From Candidatus Gastranaerophilales bacterium (lineage in GTDB: Bacteria > Cyanobacteriota > Vampirovibrionia > Gastranaerophilales > Gastranaerophilaceae), in the NCBI GenBank assembly GCA_944323045.1, contig CALUQX010000009.1:11903-75902 (forward strand): DNA of 64,000 nt, written 5' to 3'. Below, one piece after another: positions 16,473-24,976 of the stretch. Every line of letters starts with the position of its first letter. The first letter of the stretch is position 1. Below the pieces are notes generated by a model, which was given only the letters and a program-made list of their open reading frames with translations, did no database searches and was not told where the DNA came from. The translations under genes and the position numbers were made by a program.

Positions 16473-16811
16473 ATGCCAAAAGAAATAGAATACTATACAA
16501 CAAAAGATAATAAATGTCCTTACATTGAATGGTTCAACACTTTATCCAGAGATTACCAGTCTAAAGTAATCAAAAGAGTAAACAGACTTGAAGACGGGTT
16601 ATATGGCGATTGCAAACGTCTAACTAACAGCAAGTTAAGTGAATTACGTCTAGCCTTCGGTAAAGGGTATAGAATATATTTCAGAGAACTGGACAATGTA
16701 ATTATACTTATTCTCGCAGGCGGAGATAAATCAGACCAGAAGCGTACAATAAAACAGGCAGATATATACCTTGAAGACTACCTGAACAGGAGAAATAACA
16801 ATGACAATTAA
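16473..16811 (+). CDS. addiction-module killer protein (RelE/HigB-like)
   Basis: CPYIEWFNTL...VIKRVNRLEDGLYGDCKRL...LSELRLAFGKGYRIYF...VIILILAGGDKSDQ matches the putative addiction-module killer family pattern. Confidence 0.7.
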   Translation: MPKEIEYYTTKDNKCPYIEWFNTLSRDYQSKVIKRVNRLEDGLYGDCKRLTNSKLSELRLAFGKGYRIYFRELDNVIILILAGGDKSDQKRTIKQADIYLEDYLNRRNNNDN

Positions 16812-17106
16812 GCATAATGACTTTGTAAATGAATGGTTACAAGATAAAAATAATCAAAATATATACTTACGTGATAGTCTGCTTGAATTTTCTGAAGACG
16901 GGGACTATACAGAGTTCTTTCGTTCACTGGAACAGGTTATAAAGGCACGTACAACTGTTAAGCAGTTTGCAGAGGCAATAGGTATGCAAAGAACAAGTCT
17001 TGTTGATCTTTTGCATGGCAGAACAAAAGCTCCGACTATTGCAACTATAAATAAAATCCTTGACGGTCTTGGATACGAAATAAAAATACAAGAGAAATCT
17101 GCTTAG
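16801..17106 (+). CDS. addiction-module antidote protein (HigA-like HTH)
   Basis: Overlaps the killer gene by 11 nt. FAEAIGMQRTSLVDLLHGRTKAPTIATINKILDGLGYEIKI is HTH-like. Confidence 0.7.
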   Translation: MTIKHNDFVNEWLQDKNNQNIYLRDSLLEFSEDGDYTEFFRSLEQVIKARTTVKQFAEAIGMQRTSLVDLLHGRTKAPTIATINKILDGLGYEIKIQEKSA

Positions 17107-17176
17107 TCTGTCCAGTTTTTTAAATAACTTCATATGCATAAATAATTGAATTGAAAACATTTAAGGAGATTGGCAA

Positions 17177-17293
17177 ATGACTCAAAATGATATTTTTACA
17201 ATAGTTGCCGGTATTGTTCTTGTAATAATGAGTTTATATTACAACTACAAATTTAACCAGATAGGAAAAGAAGAACACAAAAAAAATCAGTAG
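17177..17293 (+). CDS. small hydrophobic peptide (38 aa)
   Basis: AAGGAG RBS and a single TM-like segment, followed by a GGGCGGTTGTGTACACAACCGCCC hairpin. Confidence 0.3.
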   Translation: MTQNDIFTIVAGIVLVIMSLYYNYKFNQIGKEEHKKNQ

Positions 17294-17501
17294 ATTAGAA
17301 ATTTTGTATAGCGGGCGGTTGTGTACACAACCGCCCCCCTATATGTAAATAAAGGAAACCCGCCCCAAGGAGAAGGACGGGTGTTAAATCAGTAAAAGAG
17401 ACATCAATAACAATATAAATCATATGTTTTTTTCGTCAAATTTTTTAAAATAAATTTTTAGTTGTCTGGAAAAATTTTTACGTTTATTTTATACTTTTTT
17501 T

Positions 17502-18128
17502 ATGAAGAGATTATTTTTAGTTCTAATAACATTGATATTCACAGCCGCAAACTGCCTTGCACTGGATGTGACTAACCTTATAAAGCCTAAAAAAGAGGTT
17601 CCTAAAAAGGCAAATTCTGCTATCGGACAACAAGCAAATATTTTATATGCGGAAAACGAAATTGATAAAGCTTTTGAACTTCTTGTGAGCATTCCTGCAG
17701 AAGAGAGAATTTCTCAGAACTGGCTTTTGATGGGAAATATTTTGCAGGATCAGGGCAAAGAAGCTGATGCTGTTTTTATGTATAATCAGGCTATTGCTGC
17801 TGATGAAAATGATTTTAAGGCTTATTACAATCTGGGAAACATCTATCTTTCTCAGGAAAAGCCTTATCTCGCAATTAAACAATACAAAAAAGTTCTTGAT
17901 ATTAATCCAGAATACCCTTATGCGTATTACAATATGGGCTGCGCTTATATTAAAGCCGGTGAACTTAGAAAGGCTAAAAATGCCTTTATCAGTGCAATTG
18001 AACTTAAAAATACAGAACCGGATTTTCATTACAATCTTGCCTATGTGTATAAAAAACTGAATGACGAAAAGAAGGCAAAATTATATCTTGAATACTACAA
18101 TAAAATTATAGAAAACAGATTGCAATAA
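17502..18128 (+). CDS. TPR-repeat protein with signal peptide
   Basis: Signal-like N-terminus. Repeated YYNLGNIY / YYNMGCAY / HYNLAYVY TPR motifs. Confidence 0.7.
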   Translation: MKRLFLVLITLIFTAANCLALDVTNLIKPKKEVPKKANSAIGQQANILYAENEIDKAFELLVSIPAEERISQNWLLMGNILQDQGKEADAVFMYNQAIAADENDFKAYYNLGNIYLSQEKPYLAIKQYKKVLDINPEYPYAYYNMGCAYIKAGELRKAKNAFISAIELKNTEPDFHYNLAYVYKKLNDEKKAKLYLEYYNKIIENRLQ

Positions 18129-18138
18129 AAGGGACATT

Positions 18139-18828
18139 ATGAAATATAGCGGCATAATATTTGATTTTAACGGTACATTGTTTTTCGATTCAGAAAAACA
18201 TCTTGAGGCGTGGCGGGAATTTTCAAGACGCCTGCGCGGCACAGCATTCACTGATGATGAAATGCGCAAATACATGTTTGGAAGAACAAATGAAGATATT
18301 ATTGCTTATGCAATACAAAAACAACCGACAAAAGAACAGGTTGAACAGCTTGCTAAGGAAAAAGAGTCCCTTTATCGTGATATGTGCAGAAAAGATCCTG
18401 AAAATTTCAAACTTGCACCTGGTGCTGTTGAATTTCTTGACTGGCTGAAAGAAAATAATATCCCCCGCACTATTGCAACCATGTCAGAAAAAGATAATGT
18501 GGATTTTTACATTGAAGGCTTTAATCTTGCCCGCTGGTTTGATGTTGATAAAATTGTCTATTCTGACGGTACTATGCGCGGAAAACCTGCACCTGATATT
18601 TATGAAATTGCAGCTGCAAAACTTGATTTAAAACCGGAGGAGTGTATTGTTGTTGAAGATGCACTTTCAGGGATTGAGGCTGCAAAAAATGCCGGTATAG
18701 GGAAAATTATTGCAATTGCATCAATGGATGGCAAAGATGTTTATGAAAATATTACCTGCGTAAGTCAAATTATTACTACATTTGATGAAATTGACAGAGA
18801 AATTTTTGAACAAAAAGTTACCTGCTAA
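18139..18828 (+). CDS. HAD-superfamily hydrolase (beta-phosphoglucomutase-like subfamily IA)
   Basis: Motif I (IFDFNGTL), motif II T, motif III K (RGKPAPDIY) and motif IV (VVEDALSGIEAAKNAG). Confidence 0.8.
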   Translation: MKYSGIIFDFNGTLFFDSEKHLEAWREFSRRLRGTAFTDDEMRKYMFGRTNEDIIAYAIQKQPTKEQVEQLAKEKESLYRDMCRKDPENFKLAPGAVEFLDWLKENNIPRTIATMSEKDNVDFYIEGFNLARWFDVDKIVYSDGTMRGKPAPDIYEIAAAKLDLKPEECIVVEDALSGIEAAKNAGIGKIIAIASMDGKDVYENITCVSQIITTFDEIDREIFEQKVTC

Positions 18829-19589
18829 TTGCCGCATTTGTGCTTGCCATTCCAACTTAAATCATTACAGTGCCAGTAATCCATGTTCCCGTTTTCAATA
18901 ACCCAGCCGGCGCATCCCCAGCCAGCAGCAGAATCTGACAGGCAACCGGTTTCAAAAACATAGCCCGCTGCTGTATAATTCCTCGCCCCTACAGGTACTA
19001 AAGTTCCACGCTTAGTGAGATTAAATATAAATAAATCCTTGCCATAAGTATTTGGCTTGGAAGACCCGTTCACATCTACAATATATTCCCCGCAGATATT
19101 AGTTAAATCTCCAGTACCCAAATTTATGCTGCATGCGCCATCAGCAGTCATATTGGCATAAATACCTACTATCATTCCGTCTGCAAGCTGCATGCCTGCT
19201 CTGCCGGTTCCGTCGCCGCCATTAAATACATGAGTATCCAGTTTCTCGCCTCTACGCATATATAATGTATCTGCTGTATGGCATTTGCTATTGCCGTCAT
19301 TACAGAATTTTGCATGCTTAATATACGGGAAAATCGTCGTAAGCAAAACATCAGGGACATCACTTGTTATCCCCCACATATCAGGTGTTCCGTGTTCAAT
19401 AACAGCCATTTGTACTGCTTGATTAATAGTCGAATAGAACTTTTTCAATGCTGTTACTCTTGCTTTTTCCTGATATTTTTGCACGAGAGAAGGTATTGTT
19501 ATAGCAGCAACAATACCGATTATTGCCATTGTGATAAGTACTTCTGCAAGTGTAAATGCAAAATTTTTAGTATGCAGCGATTTTGTCAT
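18825..19589 (-). CDS. prepilin-type N-terminal methylation-domain protein (P5)
   Basis: MTKSLHTKNF-AFTLAEVLITMAIIGIVAAITIPSL. VDVNGSSKPNTYGKDLFIF. Cys/Trp-rich C-terminus (WVIENGNMDYWHCNDLSWNGKHKC), paralogous to P7. Confidence 0.8.
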   Translation of the reverse strand: MTKSLHTKNFAFTLAEVLITMAIIGIVAAITIPSLVQKYQEKARVTALKKFYSTINQAVQMAVIEHGTPDMWGITSDVPDVLLTTIFPYIKHAKFCNDGNSKCHTADTLYMRRGEKLDTHVFNGGDGTGRAGMQLADGMIVGIYANMTADGACSINLGTGDLTNICGEYIVDVNGSSKPNTYGKDLFIFNLTKRGTLVPVGARNYTAAGYVFETGCLSDSAAGWGCAGWVIENGNMDYWHCNDLSWNGKHKCGN

Positions 19590-19700
19590 CTTTAATCCTC
19601 ACATATTAAGATTACTACTTATATTCAAGTAATATTACTTAAATACATGTAGTATAATAAACGATTTACCTATAAATGTCAAGTATTTTATAATGAAAAT

Positions 19701-19922
19701 ATGCAAGCAAGAAACATGATAAAATCACTGGCAGCATTAAGATGCGTCACTTTAACCAAACTGGCAGAAATGATGGCTCAGGCTACAGGCAAACCTTATA
19801 CATTCAAAAGCCTTGTAGGTAAAATGCAAAGAGGAACAGTTTCTCTGGATGAGGCATATTTGATAGCTGATCTTCTGGGATATAAACTTGAGTTTGTAGA
19901 CAAAAATACAAATAATAATTAG
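19701..19922 (+). CDS. small HTH-like regulator (antidote-like, no partner toxin)
   Basis: VTLTKLAEMM...MQRGTVSLDEAYLIADLLGYKLEF resembles the C-terminal half of the 16801 antidote protein. Divergent from P5 across 111 bp. Confidence 0.5.
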   Translation: MQARNMIKSLAALRCVTLTKLAEMMAQATGKPYTFKSLVGKMQRGTVSLDEAYLIADLLGYKLEFVDKNTNNN

Positions 19923-19962
19923 TTAGTGATGTGGTATAAAATATAAGTGGGTGAATTAATAA

Positions 19963-19991
19963 GGGGCGATTTTCTTTCAGAAAATCGCCCC
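19963..19991. terminator. bidirectional terminator hairpin
   Basis: GGGGCGATTTTC-TTTCA-GAAAATCGCCCC between convergent genes. Confidence 0.7.
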
Positions 19992-20018
19992 ACTTCATAA
20001 AATTAATTCTTAAAAAGA

Positions 20019-21176
20019 TTAGCAGGCTTTTACAATTTCGTATGCAACATCTGCAGTAATCGCACCTTTTTCGCCGAATGCAACATTGCGTTCTCTAAAG
20101 CGGTCTCTTATTTTTTCAGCCGCTTCTTCTGCGTCAATGCCGTAATCTGAAAGTCTTGTTTTCATGCCGATAGAGTTGTAAAATTCTTCAATCTTATCAA
20201 TCGCTATATCTGCGGCTTTCAAATCAACTGGTTCAGTTATACCAAACACTTCTCTTGCAATTTTAGCCAGTTTTTGAGATTTAGCAACTTTCTGATTTCT
20301 CAAAAGACGCGGTTCGACAATCGCTAAACTTTGACCGTGGTCAATGCCGTAGAATGCGGTTAATTCATGTCCTATCATATGTGTTGACCAGTCTTGCGGC
20401 ACACCGCAGGATATCCAGTAATTCAGACCGCAGGTTGCACACCAGAAAAGATTTGCACGTGCATCATAGTCTTCTGGATTTGCCAGAACTTTTGGCGCTT
20501 CAGAAATTAATGTTCTCAAAATTCCCATTGCCCAGATGTCCTGCAATGGTGAATTCACATCATAAGTACAATTGAATTCCATAGTATGGACAAACGTGTC
20601 AACAATGCCGTTAATTGTTTGTTTTACAGGCAGCGTAAATGTCACTGACGGATCGATTATTGAGAATTTCGGGAACACATCAGGATGGTGGAACGCCAGT
20701 TTTTCACTTGTTGAAATTCTGGAGATAACCCCGCCATTATTCATTTCAGAGCCGGTTGCCGGCAGAGTAATTACATCAGCCAGTTCTATAGCAGAATCCG
20801 GCATTTCACCCCTTACCATTATTGCGTCATATGCATCATCACCGTCGTATTTTGAAGCCAGTGCAATAAATTTAGTACCGTCTAAAACTGACCCGCCGCC
20901 GACGGCAAGCAGGAAATTTACGCCTTCGCGTTTTACAATTTCAATAGCTTTACTAAGTGTTTCATATTTTGGATTAGGCTCAATTCCGCCGAATTCCAAC
21001 AGGTCATATCCTTCAAGCGCCTTTTTAACCTGCTCATACACGCCGTTTTTCTTGATAGAGCCGCCGCCGTATGTCATAAGGATTTTTCTGTCACGCGGAA
21101 TCAGTCTTGATAACTCTTTTATTGTGTCTTTTCCAAACACTACACGTGTCGGACCGTAAAATTCAAAATTTTGCAT
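20019..21176 (-). CDS. iron-containing (group III) alcohol dehydrogenase, YqhD/BdhA-like
   Basis: GGGS(V/I)LD nucleotide-binding motif (AVGGGSVLDGTKF) and His-rich metal site (H...HxxxH: WSTHMIGHELTAFYGIDHG). Confidence 0.85.
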   Translation of the reverse strand: MQNFEFYGPTRVVFGKDTIKELSRLIPRDRKILMTYGGGSIKKNGVYEQVKKALEGYDLLEFGGIEPNPKYETLSKAIEIVKREGVNFLLAVGGGSVLDGTKFIALASKYDGDDAYDAIMVRGEMPDSAIELADVITLPATGSEMNNGGVISRISTSEKLAFHHPDVFPKFSIIDPSVTFTLPVKQTINGIVDTFVHTMEFNCTYDVNSPLQDIWAMGILRTLISEAPKVLANPEDYDARANLFWCATCGLNYWISCGVPQDWSTHMIGHELTAFYGIDHGQSLAIVEPRLLRNQKVAKSQKLAKIAREVFGITEPVDLKAADIAIDKIEEFYNSIGMKTRLSDYGIDAEEAAEKIRDRFRERNVAFGEKGAITADVAYEIVKAC

Positions 21177-21242
21177 AATTTTACTCCTCTTCTTCTGTAC
21201 AAACGTATAATACTCTATTTTGGCTAAGTCGTCAATAGAAGA

Positions 21243-21542
21243 TTATTTTTGATAAAACAAAATTCCGTCTCTATCTATGCTATTTTTCATTCCTTCGTGA
21301 GTCAAATTCTTATAATCTATGACATCAAACTTGTAAGGAGTAGGCAAATCATCCAATTCGCCGGCAATTCTGAAAAATGTTTTATGTTCATCTGTCCATA
21401 TTGCAAAATCAATGTCTGAACCGTTATGATAATTCCCCTTTGCACGCGAACCAAAAATCATTACCTTATCAATTTCAGGCTTTTGTGAAAAATAATTCAA
21501 AAGTTCATCCAAAGTCCTTTGCGGCAGTCCAAAATTACTCAT
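21243..21542 (-). CDS. MNT-type nucleotidyltransferase (antitoxin of a HEPN/MNT pair)
   Basis: GS-x10-DxD signature (IFGSRAKGNYHNGSDIDFAI). Confidence 0.8.
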   Translation of the reverse strand: MSNFGLPQRTLDELLNYFSQKPEIDKVMIFGSRAKGNYHNGSDIDFAIWTDEHKTFFRIAGELDDLPTPYKFDVIDYKNLTHEGMKNSIDRDGILFYQK

Positions 21543-21948
21543 GAAAATCCTTTATTTGTTCTTTAAACCTGTTTAATTCGTCAAAATAAATTCCAGCGAC
21601 ATCAGGTAAAACAGAATTAACCTTGTCTATATTATATTCATGCGACGTTGAATTTCGTACATTTAACATATCTATCCAAATTTGTCCGTCAGAAATAGTT
21701 TCATAAGAAAAAGCTTCCTTAATGACTTCCCGCGGTAAAGATACACTAACCCCGTTAACAGCAAGATAATCCTTTAACACTTTCCAGGCAAGTTCAAAAC
21801 AAACTTCAAACGACTGCACTAGCGCCATATGAGTGAGTACCACAGAACTATCTTTTTTGTATGCATTAACAGCGTCCGAAAAAATAAAGAAAAATCTATT
21901 AAAATTTTCAATGCTTTTCTGCAATCTAGACATATTTTTTTCTTTCAT
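21535..21948 (-). CDS. HEPN-domain nucleotidyltransferase substrate-binding protein (HI0074 family)
   Basis: FEVCFELAWKVLKDYL and the RN.TSHEY (Rx4-6H) motif. 8-nt overlap with the MNT gene. Confidence 0.75.
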   Translation of the reverse strand: MKEKNMSRLQKSIENFNRFFFIFSDAVNAYKKDSSVVLTHMALVQSFEVCFELAWKVLKDYLAVNGVSVSLPREVIKEAFSYETISDGQIWIDMLNVRNSTSHEYNIDKVNSVLPDVAGIYFDELNRFKEQIKDFHE

Positions 21949-21966
21949 TTACTTATGATAATTGTT

Positions 21967-22956
21967 TTACTCAACCGGTTCGCCAATAAGAACTGTTTCC
22001 AGAAGAACAGCACCGTCAACCGGTTTAACTATCTTGAATTTATAATTCAGTCCCCAGCTTTCAAGTAATGGTTTTACATCAAAAAACTGTTCAAAATTGT
22101 GATAAATACTTATCAGCAATTTTGGTTTTTGGGTTGTAATTGTTTCTTTTGCGCCAAGCAAAAACGGTATTTCATAGCCTTCAATATCGACTTTAATAAG
22201 TCCGGCATTTACATTATTGGCTTTTACATATTCATCAAGTGTAATCTGTTGGATTTTTTCTGCACCGTCTTCATTTACAGCACTCATTGAGCCTTTTGTT
22301 GCCAGCGCAACTTCTTTGCGGCAGTCACCGAGAACATATTTTTCAGTAACAATATTTGATAAATTATTCAACTCGATTGTTTTTTGCATCAGGGCGTAAT
22401 TTCTCTCATCCGGCTCAAAAACATATATTGGCGCCTCACTGTATTTTCTAAGCACAAGTGCACTATCGCCTATGTAACCGCCAACATCAATAATCGAACG
22501 GTCTTTCAATGAAGACAAATCATTGAATTCATTAATCAAACAATCATGAACAAATACATTACATTCAAAATGCGGAACAGGAAGGAGATATTTTTTGTAA
22601 GCCCAGACGTCTTCGGCAATTTGTATAATATGTCCGGTAAAATCATCCAAATTTTTAAATAATTGAGTTTTTTCTTCTAGGGTGAAAAAGTCAATATTTG
22701 TTTTATTCAAAGCAAGTATTGTTTTGGCGCGCCGAATAATTCTTTGAACAGTGATTATACTATCTTCATCAAGATTATTCACCAGTTTAAGATATTTATC
22801 TTTCAAATTAATATCAGTAAGCTGTGAAAAGTGCTTAAAAATGAAATTCACTTCAAAATTATGCTTGTAAAACATTTTATCATCCATCATTAGTTTAAGC
22901 ATATTTTCACAATTTTGGAGTTTTTGTTCTAACTCACGTAATTTTTCTTCTTCCAT
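21967..22956 (-). CDS. FkbM-family SAM-dependent methyltransferase
   Basis: IIDVGGYIGDSAL (SAM motif I), VYVFEPD, LIKVDIEGYE: the typical FkbM pattern. Confidence 0.7.
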   Translation of the reverse strand: MEEEKLRELEQKLQNCENMLKLMMDDKMFYKHNFEVNFIFKHFSQLTDINLKDKYLKLVNNLDEDSIITVQRIIRRAKTILALNKTNIDFFTLEEKTQLFKNLDDFTGHIIQIAEDVWAYKKYLLPVPHFECNVFVHDCLINEFNDLSSLKDRSIIDVGGYIGDSALVLRKYSEAPIYVFEPDERNYALMQKTIELNNLSNIVTEKYVLGDCRKEVALATKGSMSAVNEDGAEKIQQITLDEYVKANNVNAGLIKVDIEGYEIPFLLGAKETITTQKPKLLISIYHNFEQFFDVKPLLESWGLNYKFKIVKPVDGAVLLETVLIGEPVE

Positions 22957-23270
22957 AATCCACCACCTTTGTATATTATATTACCATAATCTGAATACAC
23001 AGGAGCAGGATTAATGAAAATTAACATAGAGGACTTGCAAAATTTAGCAACATATGTCATAATGAAAATGTGAACAAAAACCGAGGAGTTCAATGACAGG
23101 AAGTATGATGGAACGATTAGAAGAAAATAAATTCTTAATCACTCAATCACCTAATCACTTAATCACTTTAAAAAATGTATGTTTGGGGTTCCACCCAAGC
23201 AATATCCTCACCCCACTTACTTTTGCGCCATGCGATAGGGCTGAAACCCTTGCTATGACTGCATTTGCGC

Positions 23271-23280
23271 GGGGGGGGGG
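23271..23280 (+). repeat. homopolymeric G10 tract
   Basis: Counted directly. Same flanks as the G11 tract at 4406-4416. Confidence 0.95.
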
Positions 23281-23376
23281 TGCCAAACTCTAAGCCCCAC
23301 AAGGCTTTCCGGGCACACGAAGTGTGCTCTTACATATGGAAACCTGCTAAAGAAGTGCAGCCCCTGCCACATTCAT

Positions 23377-23403
23377 GTCATTCTGAACTTGTTTCAGAAT
23401 CTC
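23377..23403 (+). repeat. polar stem-loop element (short variant)
   Basis: GTCAT-TCTGAA-CTTGT-TTCAGA-ATCTC. Same flanks as the CCCGCAA elements but a different stem. Confidence 0.6.
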
Positions 23404-23836
23404 CTCATCGGTCAGTCAGTAGACCGTATTTCCCAATCCGCCAGAACCAACACAAGCCGAAAGCTTGTGCATAAGTCAATAGTCCTATTAAAGCCTACTT
23501 AATAAATAGAATTTGTGATAAATTAGTATTATAACAAAGAAAACATAAGGATAAAGAATTATGCTAAATGATGAAGAATCAAATCAACAATTGAAGAACC
23601 ACAAAATTCCTCTCCGTGGGGGAGGAAGAAATTTGTTGCCGAACGGAGAGAGGCTAGAAATTTCAGGAGGGGGTCGGACCAGACCACATATAGTCCCCCC
23701 ACCCGAACCACTAAACTCACGAAAGTTCGTTAAGTGGTTCCGCCCTCCCCTCAGGAGAGGGCACCAAGCCAACCACGAGGAAACAATCAGTAATACACAA
23801 TCAGAAGATAGAAACAACAGAAAGGAGCAACTCCAA

Positions 23837-24976
23837 ATGAAAACCAAAAACAAAATCAACGAATCAACCGCTCAGACCAATTCCAGAAACAACGGTACTC
23901 ACCATACTCACTTCACTCACTTAGTCACGTCCCCAAAAGCCGCGTTTACCCTCGCCGAAGTCCTAATCACCCTCGCAATCATCGGCGTAGTAGCGGCGAT
24001 AACGATACCGAGCTTAGTCAAGAATTACAATGAAAAGGCATGGGAAAGTGGACAAAAAGTTTTTGAAAACAGATTACTTGTAGCTACACGTCAGATGAAC
24101 ACAGAGGAAAAATTGGCAGGTTATTCTTCAACCATGGACTTTGTGAATGAGTTGAAAAAATATATTAAAATAACCCGTGTCTGCGATAATGACAACATTA
24201 CCAAATGCTTTAATAAAGAAGTAATCTGGAGTGCTGATGAAGAGCCGGTAGACATGTCAAAAGTAACAGATGCATCAGCTTTTGGTCTGGATTGGGAGAC
24301 TGATACGGTAGCAGTTCAGTTTGCGAACGGTGTAAATGCAGTAATTGCTTACAATCCGAATGCAACACAAGACCCATATAATAACCAGTTTGCGGCGACC
24401 TCAAAATCCATGGCAATATTGTATGATTTGTCAGGAAACAAGAATCCGAATACAAATGGTAAGGATATAAAAAATATAAATGTAGACCAGTTAGCCGGTG
24501 TAGAAGGCTGTTTGATACCTGAGTTAAAAGATACAATGTGCATAACGAAAATTATATCTCCGGAAGAATACGGATATTTATCATATTCAGAATGTACCGA
24601 GGCTAAGAATAACGGCGAAATAGACGTAGATGCATGTTATAATGGCTCAAGTCCAGATTATTTTGCGGGCGCAGTAAAAGCATGTGGAGGTAAGAAAGCA
24701 AACTTACCAAGCCAAGACCAGCTAACGCAGCTAGCAAAATATGTATATGGAACAGACAGTATAAACTCCAGCGGTTATACATATGACCTAGCTTTAGACA
24801 CAACCAAAGCCTCCCAATTCCGCTCAGCAAGAGGTACTGATTACTTCTATGTTTGGTCTGGGCAGGAGTATAGCCGCGACCGCGCGTACTTCCGCTTCTT
24901 CTACTCTACCGGCACGAACGGGAACGACTGCAACCGCCACTACAGCTACGCTCTTGCGGTTTGTCTAGACCAGTAA
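23837..24976 (+). CDS. prepilin-type N-terminal methylation-domain protein with lectin-like hypervariable C-terminus (paralog B)
   Basis: AAAGGAG RBS before ATG 23837. AFTLAEVLITLAIIGVVAAITIPSL. Central 79 aa identical to paralog C. C-terminal FYVWSGQE...AVCLDQ. The ORF is open in frame back to 23561. Confidence 0.85.
   Translation: MKTKNKINESTAQTNSRNNGTHHTHFTHLVTSPKAAFTLAEVLITLAIIGVVAAITIPSLVKNYNEKAWESGQKVFENRLLVATRQMNTEEKLAGYSSTMDFVNELKKYIKITRVCDNDNITKCFNKEVIWSADEEPVDMSKVTDASAFGLDWETDTVAVQFANGVNAVIAYNPNATQDPYNNQFAATSKSMAILYDLSGNKNPNTNGKDIKNINVDQLAGVEGCLIPELKDTMCITKIISPEEYGYLSYSECTEAKNNGEIDVDACYNGSSPDYFAGAVKACGGKKANLPSQDQLTQLAKYVYGTDSINSSGYTYDLALDTTKASQFRSARGTDYFYVWSGQEYSRDRAYFRFFYSTGTNGNDCNRHYSYALAVCLDQ
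24853..24973 (+). other. candidate DGR variable region (VR-B)
   Basis: By hand count, 22 of 29 codons in 24869-24955 end in C. Flanks identical to VR-A. Confidence 0.55.

Larger units (their letters stand above)
23050..23836 (+). promoter_or_regulatory. long structured leader/upstream region of paralog B, homologous to 4128-5118
   Basis: Same conserved blocks as upstream of paralog A, interrupted by different inserted modules: CTTAATCA 8-mers at 23134-23166, a stem-loop at 23377-23403 and hairpins at 23706-23770. Confidence 0.5.
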
